NCBI GenBank assembly: GCA_030536265.1 | Contig: JAUNQJ010000001.1 | Location: 903 to 64,902, forward strand | Direction: 5' to 3' | Source: Erysipelotrichaceae bacterium | Lineage (GTDB): Bacteria > Bacillota_I > Bacilli_A > Erysipelotrichales > Erysipelotrichaceae | Length of the DNA: 64,000 nt | In this document: positions 35,154-43,665 of the stretch, one piece after another | Numbering within the stretch: position 1 is the first letter of the stretch | Layout of the letters: the number at the start of each line of letters is the position of its first letter | Notes under the pieces: generated by a model | What the model was told of the DNA's origin: nothing | Seen by the model: only the letters and a program-made list of their open reading frames with translations | The model's database searches: none | Made by a program: the position numbers and the translations under genes

Positions 35154-36878
35154 TTATTCTTCAGATGAATCGTGATATGAAGTATGTAATAGCTTGTGAG
35201 CTAATTCAGATCCAGGTTTTTCTAGATACTCTTTATATAACGCTTGAACTTCTGGGTTATCGCAAGATACTCTCAAAGTCTTTCCTTTATCAATATCTTG
35301 AATTCCCTTTCTACGCATTTGAAGAGTTTCTAGTTGCTTGATAGATCTTACAGTTGGTTGACCGCCACCGTTAATGCATCCACCAGGACAAGCCATGATT
35401 TCAACAAAGTGATAATTCTTTTTACCAGCTTTAATATCTTCCATAACCTTTCTAGCATTTCCAAGGCCTGAAGCAATACATAAATTCAATTCAGTACCAC
35501 CAACTGTAACAGTAGCTTCTCTAATGCCACCGCCGGCAAACTGAGTATCCCAGTTAATGTTCTTAGGATAATCACCTTCAAGCCACATTCCGGCAGTTCT
35601 AACTGCAGCTTCCATAACTCCACCAGTATTAGCAAAGATGTCAGCTGCACCTGTAGATGTTCCTAAAGGTGTATCGTATTCGCCATCAGGTACAGTATTT
35701 AAATCAATGCCATATCTTCTTAACATAGCAATGAATTCTTTTGTAGATAATGAATAATCAGTTGGTTGGAAATCAGCCCACTTTTCTTCTTCACGTTTAA
35801 CTTCTTGTTTCTTAGCCACACAAGGCATTAAAGAAACAACAGCCATTTTCTTTGGATCTACACCAAGTTTTTCTGCTAAATATGTTTTAGAAATAGCAGA
35901 GAACATTTCTTGAGGTGACTTACATGAAGATGGAAGATTTAACATTTCAGGATATTGAGTTTCAATAAATTTAATCCATCCTGGGCAACAAGAAGTAATT
36001 AGTGGTAAATTCTTTTGATCTTTTAATCTTTCAAGAAGTTCTGTTGCCTCTTCCATAATAGTTAAATCGGCAGTAAAGTTTGTATCAAATACTTTCTTAA
36101 AGCCAATCATTCTAAGTGCTGTAACCATCTTTTTAGTAACATCAACACCTGGTTCTAAGCCAAAGCCTTCACCTAACGCAACTCTTACGGCTGGTGCAGT
36201 TTGTACAACGCAATAATGTTCACCATCGTTTAAAATCTTATCAACTTCTCTAGAGTTATCTAGTTGAAGAAGCGCTCCTGTAGGACAAACTTGAACACAT
36301 TGTCCACAGTTTACACATTTATAGCTATCAGAAATAATAGTTCTAAATCCTCTTTGAGAAGCAGAGATAGCACCGATTGTTTGTACCTCTGAACACATTG
36401 CAACGCATCTGTTACATAATACGCATTTGCTAGGATTTCTTACTAGAGATCCTTTAACGATTTCTTTATTTTCTTGAGATAATGGTCCATCAAAATTTAC
36501 TCTTTGAATACCAAGCTCATCAGCTAAATCTTGAAGAGAACATTTTCTGTTTTTGTCACACTTCAAGCAATCATTAGGGTGATTAGAAAGAAGTAATTCA
36601 ACAATAGCTTTTCTTTCTGCTCTAACTCTTAGTGAGTTTGTATGAATTACCATACCATCTTCAACTTTAGTAGCACATGCTGGAACAAGGTTTCTTCTTC
36701 CCTCGATTTCAACGATGCACACTCTACATGATGCAGGTTTGTATTCTAACATGCAATCATCACGTTTTAAGAAACATAGAGTTGGGATTTTAATACCATG
36801 ATCTCTTGCAGCTTCTAAGATTGTAGAAGAAGAATCTTCTTCGTATTCAATTCCATTTATTGTAATATGAACTAACAT
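35154..36878 (-). CDS. hydA: [FeFe] hydrogenase catalytic subunit (HydA, group A3 multimeric type)
   Basis: 574 aa with an N-terminal 2Fe-2S domain and 4Fe-4S motifs (CVLCNRCVAMC, CVNCGQCVQVCP). The H-cluster motifs TSCCPGW, MPCVAKK and MACPGGCINGGGQP are all present. Confidence 0.93.
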   Translation of the reverse strand: MLVHITINGIEYEEDSSSTILEAARDHGIKIPTLCFLKRDDCMLEYKPASCRVCIVEIEGRRNLVPACATKVEDGMVIHTNSLRVRAERKAIVELLLSNHPNDCLKCDKNRKCSLQDLADELGIQRVNFDGPLSQENKEIVKGSLVRNPSKCVLCNRCVAMCSEVQTIGAISASQRGFRTIISDSYKCVNCGQCVQVCPTGALLQLDNSREVDKILNDGEHYCVVQTAPAVRVALGEGFGLEPGVDVTKKMVTALRMIGFKKVFDTNFTADLTIMEEATELLERLKDQKNLPLITSCCPGWIKFIETQYPEMLNLPSSCKSPQEMFSAISKTYLAEKLGVDPKKMAVVSLMPCVAKKQEVKREEEKWADFQPTDYSLSTKEFIAMLRRYGIDLNTVPDGEYDTPLGTSTGAADIFANTGGVMEAAVRTAGMWLEGDYPKNINWDTQFAGGGIREATVTVGGTELNLCIASGLGNARKVMEDIKAGKKNYHFVEIMACPGGCINGGGQPTVRSIKQLETLQMRRKGIQDIDKGKTLRVSCDNPEVQALYKEYLEKPGSELAHKLLHTSYHDSSEE

Positions 36879-36891
36879 TTATTCTTCCTCC

Positions 36892-38790
36892 TTATCTTTC
36901 TATTGCCTTTGGCTTGGCTGGACAATTTTCCATACAAGTTCCACACTTAATACAAATATCTGGATTAATTTGATATGCCATTAAGTGTTCGTTCTTGCTT
37001 GGTTTATCACTCTTAGTGATAGCGCCAACTGGACAGTGTCTAGCACAGTTTCCACAACCTAAACAGTTGTTTTCAACGATATGATATTTTAATAATCCTT
37101 TACATACTTTAGCAGGACATTCTTTATCAACTACGTGAGCTTTATACTCTTCAGGGAATCCTAACATCGTTGATAATACTGGGTTAGGTGCTGATTGTCC
37201 TAATGCACACAATGAACAATCTTTAATTACAGTAGCTAAACGTTTTAATGTTTCTAAATCTTCAAGAGTTCCATCACCATTAGTAATTTTCTCTAAGATT
37301 TCTAACATTCTCTTGTTGCCTACTCTGCACGGTGTACATTTTCCACAAGATTCTTCTACTGTAAATTCTAAGTAGAACTTAGCAATATCAACCATACAAT
37401 CATCTTCATCAAGTACGATCATACCGCCAGATCCCATCATTGATCCCTTAGCGACTAAGTTATCATAATCGATTGGAGTATCTAAATCTTTTTCAGTTAG
37501 ACATCCTCCAGATGGACCACCAGTTTGAACAGCTTTGAATTTTTTGCCGTTCTTGATGCCTCCACCGATGTCGTAAATAATTTCTCTTAATGTTGTTCCC
37601 ATTGGAATTTCAACAAGGCCAACATTATTTACTTTACCAGCTAAAGCAAATACTTTTGTTCCTTTAGATTTTTCAGTACCAACCTTAGCAAAATTATCTC
37701 CACCATCTAAGATGATAGTTGGAATGTTTGCCCAAGTTTCAACGTTATTAACGTTTGTTGGTTTTCCAAATAATCCAGATACAGCTGGGAATGGCGGCTT
37801 AAGTGTAGGCTCACCACGTTTTCCTTCGATTGAATGGATTAACGCAGTTTCTTCACCACAAACGAATGCACCAGCACCATATTTAATATTGATATGGAAA
37901 CTAAAATCTGTTCCCATGATGTTATCACCTAACACACCAAATTCGTATGCTTGTTTTAAAGCTATTTGAAGTCTTGAAACAGCTAGAGGATATTCAGCTC
38001 TAATATAAATTTCACCTTCATCAGCACCAATTGCATAGCCAGCAATTGCCATAGCTTCTAAAACTGAATGAGGATCACCTTCAAGGATTGATCTATCCAT
38101 AAATGCACCTGGATCACCTTCATCAGCATTACAAATAATATATTTCTTATCGTTTTTACTAGCTCTAGCAAATGACCATTTCTTACCTGTAGGGAATCCA
38201 GCTCCGCCTCTTCCTCTTAAACCAGATTTAGAAACTTCATCAATTACTTGTTCAGGGGTTAATTCAAATAATGATTTAGCTAAAGCTTGATAGCCTCTTG
38301 TAGCTATAGTTTCAGCAAAAATTTCAGGGTTAATTAAACCAACTTTATTTAATGCTATTCTTAATTGTTTCTTGTAGAATGGTATTTCATTTTGTTCTTT
38401 AATTAAAGTACCGTCTTCTTTTGTATAAAGTAAATCATTAACAAGTCTTCCACCAATTAAATGATCTTCAACAATTCGCTTAGCATCTTCAGGTTTTACT
38501 TGCATATAGAACACGTTATCAGGATAAATCTTAATAACTGGACCTTTAGCACAAAAACCAAAACAACCAGTAATGTCAGTTTCAACTTTCCCTTCTAAGC
38601 CATGTTCTTTTATTTCTTTTCTTAGATTTTCAACTATACTATTAGCACCAAGTGCAGCACAGCCTGGGCCTGCACAAACAGAAATAAATCTCTTTTCATC
38701 TTTATCTACGAAATTTCTAACATCCATTAAACCTTTGACGTTTTCATACATGTTTAGAAGATCTTTTTGTGAATTAATTTTATTGCACAT
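36892..38790 (-). CDS. hydB: Hydrogenase NAD(P)H-binding flavoprotein subunit (HydB/HndC, NuoF-like)
   Basis: 632 aa. It has an N-terminal thioredoxin-like 2Fe-2S domain and a NuoF core (GRGGAGFPTGKKW, ESCGKCTPCR). Two C-terminal ferredoxin-type clusters follow (CLGCGNCARHCP, CIKCGTCMENCP). Confidence 0.92.
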   Translation of the reverse strand: MCNKINSQKDLLNMYENVKGLMDVRNFVDKDEKRFISVCAGPGCAALGANSIVENLRKEIKEHGLEGKVETDITGCFGFCAKGPVIKIYPDNVFYMQVKPEDAKRIVEDHLIGGRLVNDLLYTKEDGTLIKEQNEIPFYKKQLRIALNKVGLINPEIFAETIATRGYQALAKSLFELTPEQVIDEVSKSGLRGRGGAGFPTGKKWSFARASKNDKKYIICNADEGDPGAFMDRSILEGDPHSVLEAMAIAGYAIGADEGEIYIRAEYPLAVSRLQIALKQAYEFGVLGDNIMGTDFSFHINIKYGAGAFVCGEETALIHSIEGKRGEPTLKPPFPAVSGLFGKPTNVNNVETWANIPTIILDGGDNFAKVGTEKSKGTKVFALAGKVNNVGLVEIPMGTTLREIIYDIGGGIKNGKKFKAVQTGGPSGGCLTEKDLDTPIDYDNLVAKGSMMGSGGMIVLDEDDCMVDIAKFYLEFTVEESCGKCTPCRVGNKRMLEILEKITNGDGTLEDLETLKRLATVIKDCSLCALGQSAPNPVLSTMLGFPEEYKAHVVDKECPAKVCKGLLKYHIVENNCLGCGNCARHCPVGAITKSDKPSKNEHLMAYQINPDICIKCGTCMENCPAKPKAIER

Positions 38791-38802
38791 ACTATTTCCT
38801 CC

Positions 38803-39270
38803 TTACATATATTCGGCTAAGATGTTAGGAACATCTTCTTCTTTTACGCCGCCATAAGTCTTTCCGTTGATTTGCATAACAGGTGCTAATGCACATGCTC
38901 CAACACACCTAAGTGTTGTAAGTGTGAATTTACCATCAGGTGTTGTTTCACCATTCTTAATGCCTAAGAATTGTTCAACTTGTTCTAAAATCTTTCCAGA
39001 ACCCCTAACAAAACAAGCAGTTCCAAGACAAATTGAAATTACATTTTCGCCCTTAGGTTCCATTGTGAAGAATGAATAGAATGTTACAACACCATATACT
39101 TTTGAAACATTGATATTCAATTTTTTGGCAATATGCTTTTGAACTTCCATAGGAAGATAGCCAAAAATTGCTTGGGCTTTATGTAAAATAGCTATCAATT
39201 CACTTGGATTGCATCCAACTGATTCGATAAATTCATCAAGCTCAGCAAACATTTCTTGATTAGTTCTCAT
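38803..39270 (-). CDS. hydC: Hydrogenase 2Fe-2S subunit (HydC/HndA, NuoE-like)
   Basis: 155 aa with NuoE-type cysteines (CLGTACFVRG ... CVGACALAP). Confidence 0.9.
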   Translation of the reverse strand: MRTNQEMFAELDEFIESVGCNPSELIAILHKAQAIFGYLPMEVQKHIAKKLNINVSKVYGVVTFYSFFTMEPKGENVISICLGTACFVRGSGKILEQVEQFLGIKNGETTPDGKFTLTTLRCVGACALAPVMQINGKTYGGVKEEDVPNILAEYM

Positions 39271-39295
39271 ATTTGAATCCCCTTTTCTTAAGGAT

Positions 39296-39304
39296 ATTTT
39301 ATCA
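39296..39304 (-). promoter_or_regulatory. Candidate extended -10 (TGaTAAAAT) upstream of hydC
   Basis: The minus strand reads TGATAAAAT, about 26 nt upstream of the hydC ATG. RBS AAAGGGGA follows. Confidence 0.4.
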
Positions 39305-39318
39305 AATATATACTAACT

Positions 39319-39334
39319 TGTGATAAAATTCACT
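39319..39334. promoter_or_regulatory. CRP-type operator, near-perfect: TGTGA-N6-TCACT
   Basis: tgtgataaaattcact lies in the 66-bp gap between the permease stop and the hydC start. It has 9 of 10 half-site matches to TGTGA/TCACA. Confidence 0.6.
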
Positions 39335-39336
39335 AA

Positions 39337-40086
39337 TTAATTTCTTTTGCTTTTTTCACAAAGAAAATCAATAACAAGTGATATTAACACGCATATTAAT
39401 GAATAGGCAAAAATACCAGTCATATTTGTAGGATCATTTCTTTGAATGAACGCTATAGATGAACCAAGACCATTTGTAGTAGAACCTGTTAATACTTCTG
39501 CCATTATTTCGATCTTAAAAGAAAGCCCTATAGATGATGCGATACCTACATAAATATAAGGAAAAGCTAAAGGAAGTTTTATCTTAACAATTTTCTTTAA
39601 AAGATTGCCCTTTTCAAGTGTTAAAGCATCATTAATATAAGAATCTGAGTTTTCAAACCCGCCTACAACAGATTCATATATAATAGGAAAACAAATAAGT
39701 ACAACAATATAAATAGGAGCATATCTTGCCCCAGATATTACAAGAAACAAAAACACTAAAGAAGCTGTTGGAATGGTTTTTATTATCGTTACAAGTGGAG
39801 ATAAGAAATATTTAAATTTGGTATTTAAACCAGAGATGGTTCCTAAAATAATCGATAGTATCAAAGCTATTACAAAGCCAATTATCAATCTTACAAAAGT
39901 AAATAAAAGACATGTATAAGTATATGGTTTTCCTAATATATTTATAGTTTCTTTAGCCACTTTAAAGATACTAGGAAAAATCATTTGATTCTCATCAAAT
40001 ACTAGCGAAACTACGCTCCATATTAAGATAATAAATACAATTCCTAATAAATAATATTTATTCTTATTGATAATAGATTTCTTCAT
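39337..40086 (-). CDS. ABC transporter permease (NitT/TauT-like, COG0600 type)
   Basis: 249 aa with about 6 TM helices and a conserved cytoplasmic loop region (ALTLEKGNLLKKIVKIKLPLAFPYI). Confidence 0.75.
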   Translation of the reverse strand: MKKSIINKNKYYLLGIVFIILIWSVVSLVFDENQMIFPSIFKVAKETINILGKPYTYTCLLFTFVRLIIGFVIALILSIILGTISGLNTKFKYFLSPLVTIIKTIPTASLVFLFLVISGARYAPIYIVVLICFPIIYESVVGGFENSDSYINDALTLEKGNLLKKIVKIKLPLAFPYIYVGIASSIGLSFKIEIMAEVLTGSTTNGLGSSIAFIQRNDPTNMTGIFAYSLICVLISLVIDFLCEKSKRN

Positions 40087-41014
40087 TAGTGCCTTCCATA
40101 TTTAATATAGATAAAAAATAATCAATATTATCCTTATTATCTATAGCTTTCTTAAAACCTAAATTAATTGAATTTGTTTTTAAAACATTTGTAATCATTT
40201 CTTTAGATAAACCAAAAGTATTCTTAATTACTTCATTGTCATGATTTTTTAATATATCTTCAACATATGTATTGTTATTTAATACATTATCAATATTAGT
40301 TTCCATATAATATAAATAATCATTAAAGTCTTGTATATAATTATCATCTTTAATAAAGATAGATGCTTGTATCAATTCTTTGTTTGTCTTCTCTCTATAC
40401 AAATCTTGTATATCAGCATAAACATAAGATTTGCCATAGGTAGGTAATTCTTTATTATTTAAAGTCGAAGATAATACTGGCTCTGCTACTAAAACATAAT
40501 CAACAATATTGTCGCTTTCAAGATTTTTACCCATAGCTAAACATTTAGCAGCATCAGATACGCTTGGAACTATTTCTTTATTTACTTTGATTCCTTCAAA
40601 CAAATAATCAAATAAAGAAGAACCAGTATCACCAAATACTACAACATTATCATTATCATCTAAACTTACATTATCATCATTACCAGTGGCAGCTAAATAG
40701 TAATTTCCAAAAGTGATATTGAACGCAAGCTTGTAAGGTGCTCCTTTTTTAATAGCATTAATTCCAGTAACTGTATCAAGCACAATGATTCTTTTATCGC
40801 TATTTGAATTCATCATAGCAACAATGTTTTTAGGATTAGAGTTTGTTTCAAAAGTAGGATCATCAATACTGTTTAAAAAAGCTAATGCTGGTGCCCCTGT
40901 TGGAACAATTATCCCCATATTTGAATATTCATAATCAACAATTACATGAAGTTCTTCTTGTTTACAACCGCAAAGAACTAGTAACACAATCAATAAAGTT
41001 ATTATCTTTTTCAT
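40064..41014 (-). CDS. Lipoprotein, probable ABC transporter substrate-binding protein
   Basis: 316 aa with lipobox LLVLCGC. It overlaps the downstream permease gene by 23 nt. Confidence 0.6.
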   Translation of the reverse strand: MKKIITLLIVLLVLCGCKQEELHVIVDYEYSNMGIIVPTGAPALAFLNSIDDPTFETNSNPKNIVAMMNSNSDKRIIVLDTVTGINAIKKGAPYKLAFNITFGNYYLAATGNDDNVSLDDNDNVVVFGDTGSSLFDYLFEGIKVNKEIVPSVSDAAKCLAMGKNLESDNIVDYVLVAEPVLSSTLNNKELPTYGKSYVYADIQDLYREKTNKELIQASIFIKDDNYIQDFNDYLYYMETNIDNVLNNNTYVEDILKNHDNEVIKNTFGLSKEMITNVLKTNSINLGFKKAIDNKDNIDYFLSILNMEGTNEEIYYQ

Positions 41015-41015
41015 A

Positions 41016-41044
41016 TTGTTTATTATAGAAATTACTAATATAAT
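41016..41044 (+). promoter_or_regulatory. Candidate promoter of the Crp-family regulator gene
   Basis: TTGTTT (41016-41021), a 17-nt spacer, then TATAAT (41039-41044). The CRP box starts 5 nt downstream of the -10. Confidence 0.45.
41022..41027 (-). promoter_or_regulatory. Perfect -10 (TATAAT) for the SBP-permease(-hydCBA) transcript, 7 nt from the SBP ATG
   Basis: The minus strand reads TATAAT-AAACAAT-ATG, and no Shine-Dalgarno sequence is present. Confidence 0.55.
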
Positions 41045-41048
41045 TGTA

Positions 41049-41064
41049 TGTGATTTGAGTCACA
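41049..41064. promoter_or_regulatory. Perfect CRP-type palindrome TGTGA-N6-TCACA
   Basis: tgtgatttgagtcaca lies in the divergent region between the SBP gene and the Crp-family regulator gene. Confidence 0.75.
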
Positions 41065-41066
41065 CT

Positions 41067-41642
41067 ATGATAGAACTATTAACTAATAAACAACTTAAAG
41101 AAATAAAAATAAAATCTTATAAAAAAGACAGCACTATTTTTAGAGAAAGTGATACCTGTAAAGAAATAGGAATCGTAATAAGCGGAGAAATAGTGATTAA
41201 ATCTTTTACTAATTATGGAAAAGAAATCATTTATAGCGTTGTTAAAGACGGATCAATGTTTGGCTCTAACCTTTTGTTTTCAAAAGACAAAAGATATAGA
41301 GGAGATGTTATAGCTAGTAAAGACAGCGAAGTAGCCTTTATTGGTAAAACAGAATTAATTAAAATACTTCAAAACAACAAAGATTTCCTTATAGAGTTTT
41401 TGTCTAAACAGGCTAATAAGTCTAAAATGCTTAACTATAAAGTAAAACTATTGTCTTTAAATGCTCCAATAGATAGATTGATGTATTATTTAGACATAAA
41501 TAATGGAGAAATTGAAATCAATAGTGTTTCAAGTCTTGCTAAAGAGTTAAACATCCAAAGAGAAACATTATCAAGGCTATTAAGCAAGCTGAACAAAAAC
41601 AAAACTATAATATACAAAAATAACAAAATAAAAAGACCGTAA
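41067..41642 (+). CDS. Crp/Fnr family transcriptional regulator (cNMP-binding-like domain plus HTH)
   Basis: 191 aa from the ATG at 41067; the TTG at 41016 in the track is unlikely. It has a beta-roll domain (GEIVIKSF...GSMFG). The C-terminal HTH has recognition helix QRETLSRLLSKL, compared with E. coli CRP SRETVGRILKML. There is no N-terminal Cys cluster, so it is not FNR-like. Confidence 0.85.
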   Translation: MIELLTNKQLKEIKIKSYKKDSTIFRESDTCKEIGIVISGEIVIKSFTNYGKEIIYSVVKDGSMFGSNLLFSKDKRYRGDVIASKDSEVAFIGKTELIKILQNNKDFLIEFLSKQANKSKMLNYKVKLLSLNAPIDRLMYYLDINNGEIEINSVSSLAKELNIQRETLSRLLSKLNKNKTIIYKNNKIKRP

Positions 41643-41649
41643 GGTCTTT

Positions 41650-43491
41650 TTATAAATTATTGACTATTTCTTTAAACACTTCTCCCCTTTGTTCAAAGTT
41701 TTTGAATTGATCATAACTCGAACACATTGGAGATAAAAGGATTACATCGCCTTCTTTTGCGACATCCCTTGCTTTTAAAACCGCTTCCTTCAAATCATTT
41801 ACAAGAATTGCTTCAGGATATATTTCTTTTAATTGATTCTTTGTCTCGCCATAAGCAAACATATATTTTACTTTATTTAAATAAGGAATAATTTCATTAA
41901 ATCCTGTATGCTTATCGTGTCCTCCAGCCAATAAAATAACTGGTTTATCAAATGATTTTAATGCAACAATTGTTGAATCAACATTTGTCCCTTTTGAATC
42001 GTTATAGTACTTAACATTATCAATTTCTCTAACAAATTCTAAACGATGTTCAACACCTTTAAAATCTTTTATTGTATTTCTGATAGTTTCTACATCAACA
42101 CCTAGCAAATATGACATACAAGAAGCTACCATTGCATTCGTCAGATTGTGTTTGCCAACAAGTTTTAAATCTGAAACATTAAATAATTCAACATCTTTAT
42201 AATATACGGAGTTTTCTTTAACACATAAATCCGCTTCTTTTTCTATAGACATATTTATTACGTTGCAATTAACATCATTAGTTCTTTTAACTATTTCTTC
42301 ATCGTCAATATTTCTAATAAAGAAATCATTTATATCTTGATTCTTATATATTAAGCATTTTGAATCATAGTAATCGTCTAATGAATCATAATAATCCAAA
42401 TGATCTGGACTTAAGTTCATGATGCAAGTAACATTTGGTTTAAAATCAGGGCAAGCTAATAATTGAAAGCCAGATATTTCTAAAGCTATATACAATTCTT
42501 TATCTTCATTATCATTTACGATAGTTGATAAAGGGTAGCCAATATTTCCACAGGTTTTTGCTAATGTACCATATTTATTCTTAAGTATTTCACCTAGTAA
42601 AGTTGTAGTTGTGGTTTTACCATTAGTACCAGTAATAGCTCCATATTTATAATTTACAAATCTACTTGCTGCTTCTATTTCGTTAAGTACTGGGACTTTA
42701 TTATCTACAAAGTATTTTACAAATGGTGTATCGTATTTTATTCCTGGGTTTTTAACAACAAATTCATATTTGTTATCTTTTAGAAAATCTGGATGGCCCC
42801 CATCAAATACTTTAACCCCTAAGTCTTCTAATTCTTTTTTATTATTAATTTCTTTGGCGTCAGTTAAAATGACCTCGTATCCTTTTTTAACTAATAGTTT
42901 TGATACTTCGCTTCCTGATAACGCCGCTCCAATAACAAGTACTTTCATGTCTTTAATTATAATACTATTTACTATTATCATTTGGCTCACGATGATAAAG
43001 CCTAAATACGATAATTCAACTACTGTATTTATATATAAATATGACCCAAATTGATAAATAACATATAGTCCAATAATAAATAAACATAGTTTAAATACTC
43101 TATTAACCTTTTTGTTTATTCTTTCGTAAAAATATAGCGATGTTATTTCTAATACGAATGTTAATCCTACAGATATGTATGCACATATTAAATGTAGATT
43201 TGAATTAATAGAAAGACTATCTAAATAGTTATAAGGAATAATTCCCCCTATTAACAATGATACTAATCCTAAATAAGCTAATTTATTAAAGCCTTGAGCT
43301 TTTAAAGATATGAACATCATTATGCCAAATAAAATACACAAAGTAATAAAGACAACATAAGCGATAATAGAATAGTTTGCATTACGTGATAAATTGCTAG
43401 TTAATAAATCATTAGATAAACTTGTATACACTAATAAGGCAAGTGTAATAATAGCTAAAATATTAAAGTATTTAAGATTATTTTTATTCAT
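41650..43491 (-). CDS. murD: UDP-N-acetylmuramoylalanine--D-glutamate ligase fused to an N-terminal ~180-aa six-TM domain
   Basis: 613 aa. Residues 182-613 form a complete MurD (MKVLVIGAALSG Rossmann start, P-loop GITGTNGKTTTT). Residues 1-181 form six hydrophobic helices in the same frame with no intervening stop. Confidence 0.85.
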   Translation of the reverse strand: MNKNNLKYFNILAIITLALLVYTSLSNDLLTSNLSRNANYSIIAYVVFITLCILFGIMMFISLKAQGFNKLAYLGLVSLLIGGIIPYNYLDSLSINSNLHLICAYISVGLTFVLEITSLYFYERINKKVNRVFKLCLFIIGLYVIYQFGSYLYINTVVELSYLGFIIVSQMIIVNSIIIKDMKVLVIGAALSGSEVSKLLVKKGYEVILTDAKEINNKKELEDLGVKVFDGGHPDFLKDNKYEFVVKNPGIKYDTPFVKYFVDNKVPVLNEIEAASRFVNYKYGAITGTNGKTTTTTLLGEILKNKYGTLAKTCGNIGYPLSTIVNDNEDKELYIALEISGFQLLACPDFKPNVTCIMNLSPDHLDYYDSLDDYYDSKCLIYKNQDINDFFIRNIDDEEIVKRTNDVNCNVINMSIEKEADLCVKENSVYYKDVELFNVSDLKLVGKHNLTNAMVASCMSYLLGVDVETIRNTIKDFKGVEHRLEFVREIDNVKYYNDSKGTNVDSTIVALKSFDKPVILLAGGHDKHTGFNEIIPYLNKVKYMFAYGETKNQLKEIYPEAILVNDLKEAVLKARDVAKEGDVILLSPMCSSYDQFKNFEQRGEVFKEIVNNL

Positions 43492-43514
43492 AATACAAAT
43501 AAATTATAGCTTCC

Positions 43515-43544
43515 TTTACTTTTTTAAGCCATAAATGATATGAT
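43515..43544 (+). promoter_or_regulatory. Candidate promoter for tRNA-Trp
   Basis: TTTACT, an 18-nt spacer, then TATGAT, ending 12 nt before the tRNA. Confidence 0.45.
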
Positions 43545-43556
43545 AATTAAGCAGTT

Positions 43557-43630
43557 AGGGGTGTGGTACAATGGTAGCATACCGGTCTCCAAAACCGTTG
43601 ATGGGAGTTCGATCCTCTCCACCCCTGCCA
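43557..43630 (+). tRNA. tRNA-Trp (anticodon CCA), CCA encoded
   Basis: Manual fold. The acceptor is aggggtg/cacccct. The anticodon arm is ccggt-ctCCAaa-accgt. The T arm is gggag-ttcgatc-ctctc. Confidence 0.9.
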
Positions 43631-43641
43631 TGATAAAAACA

Positions 43642-43664
43642 AAAGACCTTGCGGTCTTTTTTTT
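43642..43664. terminator. Bidirectional terminator (tRNA-Trp on + / CPBP gene on -)
   Basis: Stem aaagacc/ggtcttt with loop ttgc, followed by T8 and preceded by an A-rich run. Confidence 0.75.
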
Positions 43665-43665
43665 G

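Noticed and set aside
41016-41066. A TTG-initiated 17-codon extension of the Crp-family regulator.
   Set aside because: The extension would cover the promoter elements and the CRP palindrome. The ATG at 41067 yields a standard ~190-aa Crp/Fnr protein.
35032-41642. The hydrogenase/ABC/regulator block as a genomic island integrated at tRNA-Leu.
   Set aside because: There is no integrase. I found no direct repeat of the tRNA 3' end at the distal boundary (about 41643-41650). I saw no obvious compositional break by eye.
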